From Camelus dromedarius (taxonomy: Eukaryota), in contig NC_087440.1 in assembly GCF_036321535.1 (NCBI RefSeq), positions 59,458,001 to 59,522,000 of the forward strand: DNA of 64,000 nt, written 5' to 3'. This document shows positions 46,479 to 57,110 of the stretch, one piece after another. Each line of letters opens with the position of its first letter. Position 1 is the stretch's first letter. The position numbers were made by a program, and so were the translations under genes. The notes below the pieces were generated by a model. It saw only the letters and a list, made by a program, of their open reading frames with translations. It made no database searches and was not told the origin of the DNA.

Positions 46479-46760
46479 CATCTTCTCTGCACTGACCACT
46501 GAGAAATCAAGCAGAGATGACACCTGAGTCACTACTCAGTCTTTAGGACCTCACCAGGGGCAAATGGGGAGCAGAACTTCAAGGACTCAGAGGTGATGGA
46601 ACTCCAAGTCGGCGTCCCATGGTTCATTATCTCTCCTCTGCGCTAACCCACAAAGCCCATTCACCATGTGAGATGTCACTGACTTTCTGTCTCGCCCACC
46701 TCGCTCCAGCATTGCCAGCACGAGTGGTGGAGGGCATTATCAGGGCTTCGCAACAGCGTG

Positions 46761-46948
46761 NNNNNNNNNNNNNNNNNNNNNNNNNNNNNNNNNNNNNNNN
46801 NNNNNNNNNNNNNNNNNNNNNNNNNNNNNNNNNNNNNNNNNNNNNNNNNNNNNNNNNNNNNNNNNNNNNNNNNNNNNNNNNNNNNNNNNNNNNNNNNNNN
46901 NNNNNNNNNNNNNNNNNNNNNNNNNNNNNNNNNNNNNNNNNNNNNNNN
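46761..46948. other. Assembly gap (188 N)
   Basis: N-run. Confidence 1.
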
Positions 46949-47917
46949 TCAGCATTCTACTCTCAGAGGAAACTCATCTTCCATTGCTAACTCTGGCTTC
47001 TATACAATTGGGTGCAGAGGGTTTTTCCATCTGCTTCTGGCCTCCAGTAAAGCCTGACATGATGCTGAAATTGAGACTTTAAGTAGAACTTGCCAGGACA
47101 CGACAGACATACTTTTCTCACTGAAGCATGGAACATTGTCTAAAGTCATTTGCAAGCACAAACCCTGGGCCTTTTACAAGGAAGGCACACCTTGAAAGCA
47201 AAATAAAGGGCCAGGTTTAATGAACTTACTGGGCCTCTGTTAGTCATTATTAGAAGCTCTTTATCAAATTAAAGGCCTGCTGGGAAGGCAGCTGAGTGCC
47301 GAGAAGCAGTGACATGTGTTAAGTGCCCAAGTGGGTTTTAATTGGCTGTTTAAACGAAGAAAAGCTCCCTGCAGTGTGACAGACACACATAGCGGGTGTG
47401 TGCAAACACACACACCCACACATGCACACACACACGCGCGGAGCCCCAGGCAGTCTAGGGCATTACGGGAATCACATTTTTGGAATGCTGACATCCTGAA
47501 AGCAGGATCACAAATCCACCAGGAAGGGACCCCTAAAGCATGCGGCATTCCGTCTCAATAAATGCCAGTGATTATTTCTGATAATAACAAATAACAGTGC
47601 TGGACCAGGAGGTCGTTTGCATACTGCCAGATTTACCCTGTACGTAGTCCAGCTGCAGTGCCAATGTCCTCCTCCTCTACGATCAAGTGTAGGGCTTTGC
47701 TTTGTCTCTCAGGTCTATCGAGCCATTGACATATCAAACCTGGACTTGTTAGCTACCCTGCAGGAATGTTACAAAAGATTTACACAAAGCTCTTAGCTGT
47801 GCCTGTCACATACTGAGGGTCCAATAACTGACAGTTATTTTGATCAAAGTGTTTTCTACTATACTTTAAAATGATTATTGGAGATTATTGATTCCTAATA
47901 GCAATAGTTAGGATGAG

Positions 47918-48135
47918 AGGCATTGCCACACAGGGGCTAAGAGCACAATCTTCACATTTAAGTGGGTTTGTATGCCAGTTCCACCGCATCAGGGGACCTC
48001 TCTGAACCTCAGGCTCTTTTTCTATAAAATGGGCTAAATCATATCTACTTCATAGAGTGCTGGGGAAATCATATGACCATGCCAAAAAAGAGCGTAGCCC
48101 AATGTGTGCACATGGTAGGGTTGTAAGTGTGTCTG
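47918..48135 (+). mobile_element. MIR SINE
   Basis: 'gctaagagcaca...acctctctgaacctcaggctctttttctataaaatggg...tctacttcatagagtg'. Confidence 0.7.
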
Positions 48136-48714
48136 TTCCCCAATAAGAGTTGGGGAGACTCAATTACAGAGTGTCTGTAGGGCAGGCCCCTAGGATACCT
48201 TGGCTTTTCACGGAGGCCAGTAGCCAACATTCTTTGTTTCTAGTCTTTGTCTTATTTTACTGAGAAGGTTTCTTGCGAGGGTGAGATTCAATCATCTCGA
48301 AAGAACTGGCTTTTATTCCATGAGCAGGCTTATTCTCATTTTTCCTTTGTTCAAAGGATTTTATTGGTGCTCGGAGCTTGCTATTTGACAGGAGCTTTCA
48401 AACGAAGTTCTCAGAAGATCAGGCTCTCCCAGATTTCTTTACAGGGGTGTGTGCAGGAGCCACCATAACTGCTGGCTTCCTGTCAGTCTCACAGTTTGGT
48501 ATAAAGTTAGGGGGATGGTGGGGGAGGGAGAGGGGAAGGAGTCACCGCCTAGAGAAGTCCAGAGAGCTGGTAAAGTGACCATCTTGTGAAGAAGTTAGCC
48601 ATGTTCCAGAACCTCGGCCTATAGCTGCTGACGAGGAACTTAAAATACAGGACAGTGGGTGCTTGGAGCCGTTGTGAATTGGGAGATGTTTTCATAAAGG
48701 CTGCAAAAACAAAC

Positions 48715-49320
48715 GTCCCCGGTTGAAAGCACGAGGCTACGTGCGTTTCAAACACACACCCTCTGTTCCAATAACACCACGATTCCGAGCTCTCCCTGAT
48801 GCATCAGGAAGGAAGCGAGCAAACTCCTTCATTTCCCAGCAGCCTGGCTGGGCTCGGAGGGGCAGCTCTCGCTCGGTTTTCCAGCCCCGCGAGGCTTTGA
48901 ACTGGAAACAGCGGTGTCCCAGGGCTTTTACAAATGAGCCACAGCGGGCTGGACGCGGGCTCTGGATTCATGGGCTGCTGGGGGGTTAATATCTCTAGCA
49001 ATTACAAATCCAAAAAAAGCCTGCATTCTTCTTCACCTCGCCTGCTTCACACATCCTTGGCAGCTGGGTTTCCCGATGCTTCATTTAGGCCCATGGCCGT
49101 GAAGGGCCAGGCCGGCAGGCGGCCATTTGAAGCCCTTGGCCCAGGGCCCCGCTCCCTGCGCTCGGGCAAGACAGACGGGCCTTTGTGCGCCTGGAGCCAG
49201 CTAAGCCAGGATGTGACTGCGAGCTGGAATCTGACCTTTCATGGGCTCCAGCACCTGTCAGAAAAAAACAAACAGGCTTGGGGTGTTTTTTCCGCTCCGG
49301 ACTGAAATGCCAGTGTTGTG
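48715..49320. promoter_or_regulatory. Weak CpG-island-like segment
   Basis: About 28-30 CpG in about 0.6 kb counted by eye; GC-rich; not repeat-derived as far as I can see. Confidence 0.4.
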
Positions 49321-49531
49321 ACTCCCTCACAGTGGAACAGTGCCAAGGCAGTTGTGGTCAACTTGGGCTCTCGGAGGAGCAAACCTGAGACTTGAGTGAT
49401 GGATGGTCCTGAGTTCCTGAGGGCTGGCCAGCTTTCAGCTCAGAATGAACTCAAGCCGAGCGGAGGACTTCAGTGCTCAGGGCTGGGGAATTCAGAGCAG
49501 AACAACACAGCCATGTACCCTGGCACCCTGG

Positions 49532-49579
49532 AGTGTGAGTGTGTGTGTGTGTGTGTGTATGTGTGTGTGTGCATGTGTG
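49532..49579. repeat. Imperfect (GT)n microsatellite
   Basis: Read directly. Confidence 0.9.
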
Positions 49580-49699
49580 CACAACACATTGGAACAAAGA
49601 CCCAGTCACAGTGGCTATGACACTGGTGGCTGTCAGGGGACAGTTGGGGCGCACCCCTCCAGGCCTGCCACAGTGATCCCAGCATGAATGTACTGCTCC

Positions 49700-49905
49700 A
49701 CCATGAGTTGGTCTCGACCACTTACAATCTGCCGGACCAGTGAGGGCAAATGGTTTAACCTTCTTGAACCTTGACTTTCTCAGCTGTTAAATATGGAGAA
49801 AAATAACTAATTCCAAGGGGGATGTTATTGTGCCTTAAATGAGGTAATATACACAAATCACCTGGCACTATGCTTAAGCACCTTAGAGGCACTTAGTCAG
49901 TAGCC
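49700..49905 (+). mobile_element. MIR SINE
   Basis: 'gggcaaatggtttaaccttcttgaacc...ttgtgccttaaatgaggtaatatacacaaa...cctggcac'. Confidence 0.65.
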
Positions 49906-51069
49906 GCCTTTCCCTTCCCCCTGCAGGGCAGGCTGGGGCTGGAGGAGGAGTAAGAGTGCTGGTCACCTCTGATACTCGATGGCCCCAGGGATCGTGGAAG
50001 AGGGGCTGGCTGACTTCAGGTGGAGGAGGAAAATCGTCCTCCAAAGTGTGGCCTCAGAGGATTATGTTCAGGGTTCCTTGGCGGCCTGCTCTTCAGTTGG
50101 AGGTGGTGCAGCTTCCAGAAGGGGTTGGAGGTTGGGCATGGACCTGTGGTTGGTGCACTTCCCTGCACTCTGAAGAGGTTTGGAACCCTACAGGTAGAGG
50201 AATGCCGCTGCCCACCAATCTCCCAGCCCCAGAGCTGTCCCTTTGAAGTGAGTATGGCCGCTGTGTCTGCATCCTTGGCTCTGAGCATCCAGCATTTGCA
50301 GAGATGCCAGGCTGTCAGGCCACTTGGTTTCATAGGCTAGCATTCTGATGTGCAGTAGCAGCTCAGGTGAAGAAAATGTCTGGTTAGACAGAAGCCTGCC
50401 CCAGAGCTTGAGACGCACGGGAGATGTCAGTGAAAAAGATCTGGTCTCATCATAATTCTCAAGGCTATGAATACTTTAAAAGTACATGAACATCTGTCAT
50501 ATAAAATCCATTTTTGCTTTATGTCCATCAAAAATGAACAAAATCGTATTTCAGAAATGAAGTTTCTGTTTCTTTGTTTGACTTTATCTCATCTTGTGAC
50601 AATAGCTTGGTAGTTTTTTTTTTTTTACCATATTTGGGGAGTATGTTAGGGTGGTAGAGACAGAAAAGCCTGGCTCTGCCCCGGGGGACTCTCAAAGAAG
50701 TAAGCCATCATTTTCCAGAGGGAATGAAATTGAAATTTGGCAACAGGTAGCCATGACTGGCAGCTGGGAGGGACTGGCCCCAGAACTAAGAGGCTGGGCC
50801 AAGAAAGCAAATAGCTGTGCATGAGCCCCAAGTCGGAATGTGGTTGTGGATTCGCAACAGGCTGCTTCTCACGTGGACAACTCCAGGTAGTTGACGCCAC
50901 TGTGAGAAGAAGGGAGATTTACTGAACAACTCTCCTAAAGAGCATGGGGTCAGCCAGTAAACACACACATATGCTGTCAGGCCGTTGCTTTTATATGATT
51001 TCATTTTAGAAAGATATTGTTACTTGTTCTGTACATTCTGTAGCATTTTTGTTCCTAATGTTTGAAATA

Positions 51070-51265
51070 CAGTTTGCAGTGTGTCAGACACATCCCTTTA
51101 AATAGATCACGTTGAATCCTCAGAAGGAAGCTTCCATTGACCCCATTTCGCAGACAAGGACAGAGGTTTAGGGAGGCAGAGCAGCCCGGCAGCATCACCT
51201 AGCTAGAAAATGGCAAAACAGGGACACAAACTCGGATCTGTTTATTGCAGGGCCCCAATTTTTTT
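51070..51265 (-). mobile_element. MIR SINE
   Basis: 'ccccatttcgcagacaaggacagaggtttaggga...atcacctagctagaaaatggc'. Confidence 0.6.
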
Positions 51266-51627
51266 ACCAAAAATACTAGGCTGCCCCTTCCTGTTGCTTC
51301 TAAAAGTGTCATTCCTTTACTACAAAGACACTCAGATGGTCATAATTTGATTTTTTGGCCTCAAGGGTGACTTTAATCTATCCAGTTGCATGCTGACAAT
51401 ATAGTCCTCTGTACCTTTCAAAGACGTCTGGGTTTTAAAAATTCAAATGAAATTTTTAATGTGCTCTAAATTAGATTTTCACTGGTAAGCCTGTTATCTG
51501 ATCATGTGATTATTTGATGTTCGATAAATATTCACTGCTACTGTTTGGTCCTCAGCTGAACAGTTAAAAAGGTGGCTGGTTTTAGTCTTAATCTGAAATA
51601 CATTAGGAAGGGTCAGCCAAACCCAGG

Positions 51628-51767
51628 NNNNNNNNNNNNNNNNNNNNNNNNNNNNNNNNNNNNNNNNNNNNNNNNNNNNNNNNNNNNNNNNNNNNNNNNN
51701 NNNNNNNNNNNNNNNNNNNNNNNNNNNNNNNNNNNNNNNNNNNNNNNNNNNNNNNNNNNNNNNNNNN
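51628..51767. other. Assembly gap (140 N)
   Basis: N-run followed by an A-run. Confidence 1.
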
Positions 51768-52433
51768 AAAAAAATACTCTCTTAATTCTGAGCTGCCAAC
51801 ATATACACATTCATGCGTGTGTGTGTGACTCCCTGGAAAAACAATCAGGTTTTTGGAAGCAGGAGGCCATAATTCTATACACTTTATAATTCAGTTCACA
51901 AATACTTGGGTTCTGCAAATGGAATTGTAACAAGAAGAAGAAGAACAAGCATCATTTTCACATTTCTCTCATCTCTGGACCTCAATAAACACTAAATTTT
52001 TAATAATTACAATAATTACCCACATAAAAACAATAGTGAGAAGCGCAGCTATGTTCGCTGCAAAGGCTCAGTGCTCTGTTTGTCTGGTTCTCCGTCAGTT
52101 CTCATGTCCACTCTCTGAGTTGGGTTCTACCGTTAGCTCCACGTACAGCCAAGGAAAACGGAAGGTCACGGAGGTCACTGGAACTGGCCGAAGCTCGGGT
52201 GCCCCCGCCTGTACGCTACTGCCTCCTTCAGATGCCATGTTTGGAGTGAGGTCTTGCCAGTCTCTCGGGGGGAACTGTGTTTGGGAAAGAGGGTGTCAGC
52301 TCTCTAGGAGCCGATGGATTTAGAAAGGGCTGAGATGCAGACACCAGAATTTATAGGAGGAACGATGTGGAGAAGTCCAAGTTCACTGTGAAAGAGTGGG
52401 AGGAAAAGTCAACTTCTGTAGCTCACTGATCCC

Positions 52434-52668
52434 CATGGGTCTACCCGCTACGGCCCAGGGGCTAAATCTGGGGCCAAGGCCTTTTATACAGCCCTAGAGC
52501 TAAGAATGACTTTTTTTATTTTTAAAAGTTTGGAGGAGGAGGAGGAGAAGGAGGAGGTGCTGCTGTAGAAGGAGAAAGAGAAGGAAATGTGTGACACACC
52601 ATATGTGGGCTTCCAAGACTGAAATATTTACTATTGGGCCCTTTACAGGAAAGGTTTGCCGATCTCTG
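52434..52668. mobile_element. MER58C hAT MITE with central (GGA)n expansion
   Basis: 'ctacggccc...gagctaagaatg...aaatatttactattgggccctttacaggaaaggtttgccgatctctg'. Confidence 0.78.
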
Positions 52669-52676
52669 GTCTAGAC

Positions 52677-52942
52677 CAGTGTTAATAGAAATATAATTCA
52701 GTCACATAAGTTTAACATTTTCTAGTAGCCACATTAACAAAGTAAAAACAAATAGGTAAAATTAATGCTGTATTTTATTCAGCCCAGAAGATCCAAAATA
52801 TTATCTTTGCAACATGTAATCATTCCTTTCTTCATTCTTCAAAAGCTGATGAGTATTTGACAAACACATAAGTTAGGACTAGTCACATTTCCAGGGTTCA
52901 GTTGCCATATGGGATGAGTGGCTACTCCATTGGATGGTCCAG
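52677..52942. mobile_element. MER33 hAT MITE
   Basis: 'aatagaaatataa...ttttctagtagccacattaa...ggactagtcacatttc...gtggctac...ttgga'; TSD GTCTAGAC/GTCTAGAT. Confidence 0.85.
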
Positions 52943-53005
52943 GTCTAGATATTGATAGATGGGTGCTGATGTGGGGAGTGACAGGCTGTCAGGTTTAGCC
53001 CTGAG

Positions 53006-53220
53006 CAGGGTTTCCCAACCTTGGCACTACTGACATTTGGGGCTGCATAACTCTTGTGGGAGGCTGTCTAGTGCATTGTAGGCTGTTCAGCGATATCCTT
53101 AGACTCTACCCACTCGATACCAGTAGAACCCACCCCTCTCCAGTTGCAACAACCAAAAATGTCTCCAGATATTGCCAGATGTCCCCTAAGAGGCAAACTG
53201 TCCTGGGTTGAGAACCACTG
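53006..53220. mobile_element. MER20 hAT MITE
   Basis: 'cagggtttcccaaccttggcactactgacatttgg...aaccaaaaatgtctccagatattgccagatgtcccct...ggttgagaaccactg'. Confidence 0.92.
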
Positions 53221-53909
53221 GTCTAAAGCATGGAAAAGCTGTGTGTGGGTCACACCTGGAATTGCCCAGAAACTGTCCTCTGAGTTGATCACTTCGATGG
53301 AAGAAAGACAATTGAAGGAGAGTAATGAGAGTTTTGGTGGTAGAAAAAGCTGAGGGCCGAGCTCAGGCTAATGCATTTGAAATTTATTCCCTCAGCAGTG
53401 ATAGTCATCAAAGAGTTTTGAGCAGGGGAATGAAATTGGCAAAGTTACAAATTAAAAACATTTTTTGTCCATCTTTGAATAACTAGGTTCTTTCTCCTCT
53501 TTCTTTTATTGGAACAGATAGATTTCTTTTTTCCTTAAAGAAAAGCATCATTTAAAGAGCCAGCACCCCCACCCTGCATCTGATGGGTGGTTTTCATTAA
53601 ATTCCAGTAGAGGGATGGGTTTCCAAAGCAATCATCCAGCCCCTGGGTGAGCAGGCTCCCTGCCACTCAGCTGACATTCCACCCTGCGGGAGTTGAGGAG
53701 AGAGGAAAATCAACAGTGAGCCGGCAGTGACTGTAGCTTGCGCTGTTGGAATTTCCAGTGGGGCCGCTTTGTGTTACAGATGGGGCCAAATGCAGCAGAG
53801 CGCGGGGGTGGAGGCAGCCTGATAACAACCTCTGTGTCTTACCGTTGCTAAATTGTCTTATTTACTTAGCCCCTGACATCCAATGGTTAAGGATTTTCTA
53901 AGCCACCTT

Positions 53910-53911
<2 letters not shown>

Positions 53912-53980
<69 letters not shown>
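53912..53980. repeat. Perfect (AAT)23 microsatellite
   Basis: Read directly, 69 nt. Confidence 0.97.
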
Positions 53981-53981
<1 letters not shown>

Positions 53982-54149
53982 GGAATATGTGTAGGTCATT
54001 ATGGTTGAGCATGTGCTTTGTGTACATAGTCATGTTTAACAGTCGTGCATCATGATCCCACATTGAAGGTGGTGTGTGCATTGTAAATGCGTATTTTGGG
54101 TTTTTTTCTTTTTGGAAAGGGACTTGGAGGCTGTTTGTCCAGCTCTGCT

Positions 54150-54628
54150 AGATGTTCTCTGTTTGCCCCTTGGACCCCCCACCCCCCGGACTATCCTGCT
54201 CTGTGTCCCGGGAGGCTGGTCTGTATGGATTGCATCAACTGGGCTCCTTTGTCCTCATTTCCTGCTGGGTTCAGCCCAAGGGAGGCACAGCAGGAGATCA
54301 CAGAGGTGGGGGTTGAGGGAGGGAGAGACTGAGGTTGGGCTATTTACTCCCCCGTCACTCCCTGTGGGGCTGTGGGTTGACAGTGGCTGCATCCCTCCAC
54401 TGAAGACCACAGCTCCTCTGATGACAGGCCTCACCAGATCCCAGGCACTGCTTCATCTCCTCGTCCTTTCAGGCCTGAGGACGGAAAGGCACTGCCCCGC
54501 TCTTGGCCCCCGGTGCTTCGTCATCCCTTGTAGGTTGACGCCCACCCCTGCCAATGGTCATTCATAAACTCTCTTCAGTCACCCCTTGTAAGTGTGCCAT
54601 CTGCTTCCCAGGTGGCATTCCAGATCAC
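54150..54628 (+). mobile_element. LTR33 (ERVL) solo LTR, near full length
   Basis: 'ctgctctgtgtcccgggaggctgg...tgcatcaactgggctcc...gaagaccacagctcct...aaactctcttcagtcacccc...agtgtgccatctgcttcc'. Confidence 0.85.
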
Positions 54629-55398
54629 TTAGCTTCTCCTGAGGAGAGGCCACCCCTTTATTGACCATCCCAACGTCCAATCAGGACAATTCAAGCAAGG
54701 CTAGAGTTAGTAGCCTGGCCTTTGAAGTCAACGTGTTGACCGCATTTTATAGTTAGAAAAGCTAGGCATGGAGTTTCTGTGGCTTTTCTTGGGTCACCAA
54801 GTAACTTAGTACACAGGAACTTTACTCATCAACCCCAAACCCACACACCCAATCTGTTCCAGAGAAGAATGTATGTTTTTCTTCCTGGAATTTCTAACAA
54901 TAATAATGAAAAAGGAACTTGGGGGAAAGTGTCAGAGAAAATCAATTTGGTGTTTTCCTTTCCTTATGTGTGGATTGTTTGAAGGAATCCAAACCCCAGG
55001 TTGCGCTGCAACGTCTGAACCAGACACGTCAGCTGTCAGCAGGCCGGCCCTGTAGTCGGACCTCGGAGGGAGATGTGTGTGTTCTCTCTGCTCTCAGCCT
55101 GGTTCTACCCCGTGGGGAGCAGGCCTGGAAGTCACATCACCTGCACTTCCTCATACAGTCTCACCAATTATAAAAAAACAAGCCCTGCTCTGGGTTTTGT
55201 CTCAGCCAGTTTAACCAGAGGTAATGATTAATGTCAACTGGTTGATGAAGCCTGGATATTTATTAAGACATTTCCCAACTATTAGTGAGCACACTTTAGG
55301 CTCTTGATAGTATAAAGGTTCAGAACCAGTAAGAGCAGAGATATTAATGGTAGGTACAGTACCTAACTGCAAAAGAGAAGACAGCAGTTCTCAGGTCA

Positions 55399-55417
55399 TG
55401 CCCGGCAGAGGGCGCTG
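55399..55417 (+). promoter_or_regulatory. CTCF-binding site candidate with upstream motif
   Basis: TGCCCGGCAGAGGGCGCTG fits the CCRSYAGRKGGCRSY core at every position; AGCAGTTCTC (55383-55392) lies 6 bp upstream. Confidence 0.6.
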
Positions 55418-55589
55418 AGCTGGCTGCGTAGTCAGCCTCTTTAGGCAGGTAGGGGTCGGGGGTGGATACACGCAGAATATTGGGACTCTTGTCTTGGCGC
55501 GCTGGGTGACTCGATGCCAATCCCGTCAATATTTTAACCTCAGTTTCCCAGGAAAGGAGATACAAGGACCTTAAACACTATTAAATTGA

Positions 55590-55700
55590 ATGCTTTTCAA
55601 CCCTGATTCCATGTTAAAATCTCCTGGGCAACTATTAAAAAGGGTATATGAGTTCTGCTCCACAACAATTGGATTAGAATCACTGGGAACGATGTCCTGG
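55590..55700. mobile_element. MER5-like hAT fragment
   Basis: 'ttttcaaccctgattccatgttaaaatctcctgggcaactattaaaaa'. Confidence 0.4.
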
Positions 55701-56499
55701 CTTTGGTGTCCACTGTTCTGTTAGCAGATACAGTACCACTCGCAAGCCAGGTGAGAAAGTAACAGAAGGGAGAGCAAAGGAGAGGGAGGGAGAAAGCAAG
55801 AGAATGAGCACTAGGTTTTGATGTAAAAATGTGTTTCCTACTATGGGTCATGATAAAAATGTTGAGAGCAACTGCACCACTGTACTTTATGTATAACAGG
55901 CCCTTGATAAATTAATGTTTAATGATAAGGAGGAAAGAGAACGGATGCAAGAGAATAGAAAATTAAAGGAGGGAGGGAGAAATGACAGAAGAACATTAGG
56001 ACACTTTTCTGTCCTCAGTGTTTGTGGAAATTGTGGGCACAGCCAGGTGTGATTTACTTGAATTTGCAAGAAGTTTAGATGAAACTGAGGAAGACAGAAG
56101 AGAGAGAAAGATAACAAGTAACCAAAAGGGTCATGAACCCAACCTCACAAATCAGTCTTGACATTTCATCATCTCATTTTTGACTCATTTTGTCAAAATG
56201 AGTTTGTGAGTCTTGACATAGGAGTTTTCAATGAATTTTAATTTCCTGGTGGTTTGGGTTGATTCAAGACTATGATATTTGAAAATATTTCAAGGCAATT
56301 CAGTGCTTTCTTGTCAACTTCCTTGGCTAGGCTCTGATCTGAAGGTGATTCAAGCATTGCCCAGTCTGTGATAACAGATAACCCTGATCTCTATTCACTC
56401 TTTAGAGTGAAAGACCTACCAGAACCCTCTGGGGCTTTTTAAACAGACTATTTGATCAACTCAGTATATTAGTCCACAACAGAAGAAGTAATACTGAAG

Positions 56500-56610
56500 A
56501 CAAAGAGGGACATTTCTTAATGAGACAGGAGTAAATTGATCAAAGACATAACAATCCTAAATATGTTTGCACCTAATAAGAGAGCTTGAAAAAACATGAA
56601 GCAAAAACTC
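56500..56610 (+). mobile_element. L1 ORF2 endonuclease-region fragment
   Basis: 'acataacaatcctaaatatgtttgcacctaataagagagcttgaaaaaacatgaagcaaaaact' corresponds to the NIYAPNNRASKYMKQKL region. Confidence 0.75.
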
Positions 56611-57110
56611 TTGGATATTTATCTAAGATAAATGAAAGCATCTGTCTTCACAAAAACTTGTGCAGAAATGTTTATAGTACCTTTATTCACCAAGCCAAAT
56701 CTCCTTTGACTGGTGAATACATAACCAAATTGTGGTACATCCATACAACGGAATACTACTTAGCGATGAAAAGGAGTAGACTACTGACACATACACAGCA
56801 TGATAAGCTGAAAGAAGGTGAATCCAAAAGGCCATGTATTATCTGATTTCATCTATATGACAGTATAGAAAAAGCAAATCGATAGGGGTGGATATGAGGT
56901 CACCAGTTGCAAGGGACCTGGACCTAGAGGGATGGAACTGACTCTAAAGGAGCATTAGGGCACTTTTGAGGGTGATGGAAATGTTCTGTCTTGACTGCAG
57001 TGGTGGTTATACGACTACATGAGTTTGTCAAAATTCATAGAACGGTATACCTAAAAAGTGCAGATTTTCCTTTCTGTCATTTATTCCCCAATAAACCAAA
57101 AAAAAAAAAA
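56611..57110 (+). mobile_element. L1MB/MC-type 3' end with poly(A)
   Basis: 'aaattgtggtacatccatacaacggaatactac...ttttgagggtgatggaaatgttct...ccccaataaaccaaaaaaaaaaaa'. Confidence 0.85.

Noticed and set aside
53887-54081. ORF with a poly-Leu hydrophobic run
   Set aside because: It is the translation of the (AAT)23 microsatellite.
56183-56203. Perfect 10-bp hairpin ACTCATTTTG-T-CAAAATGAGT
   Set aside because: Short and AT-rich, plausible by chance in 64 kb, with no associated structure.
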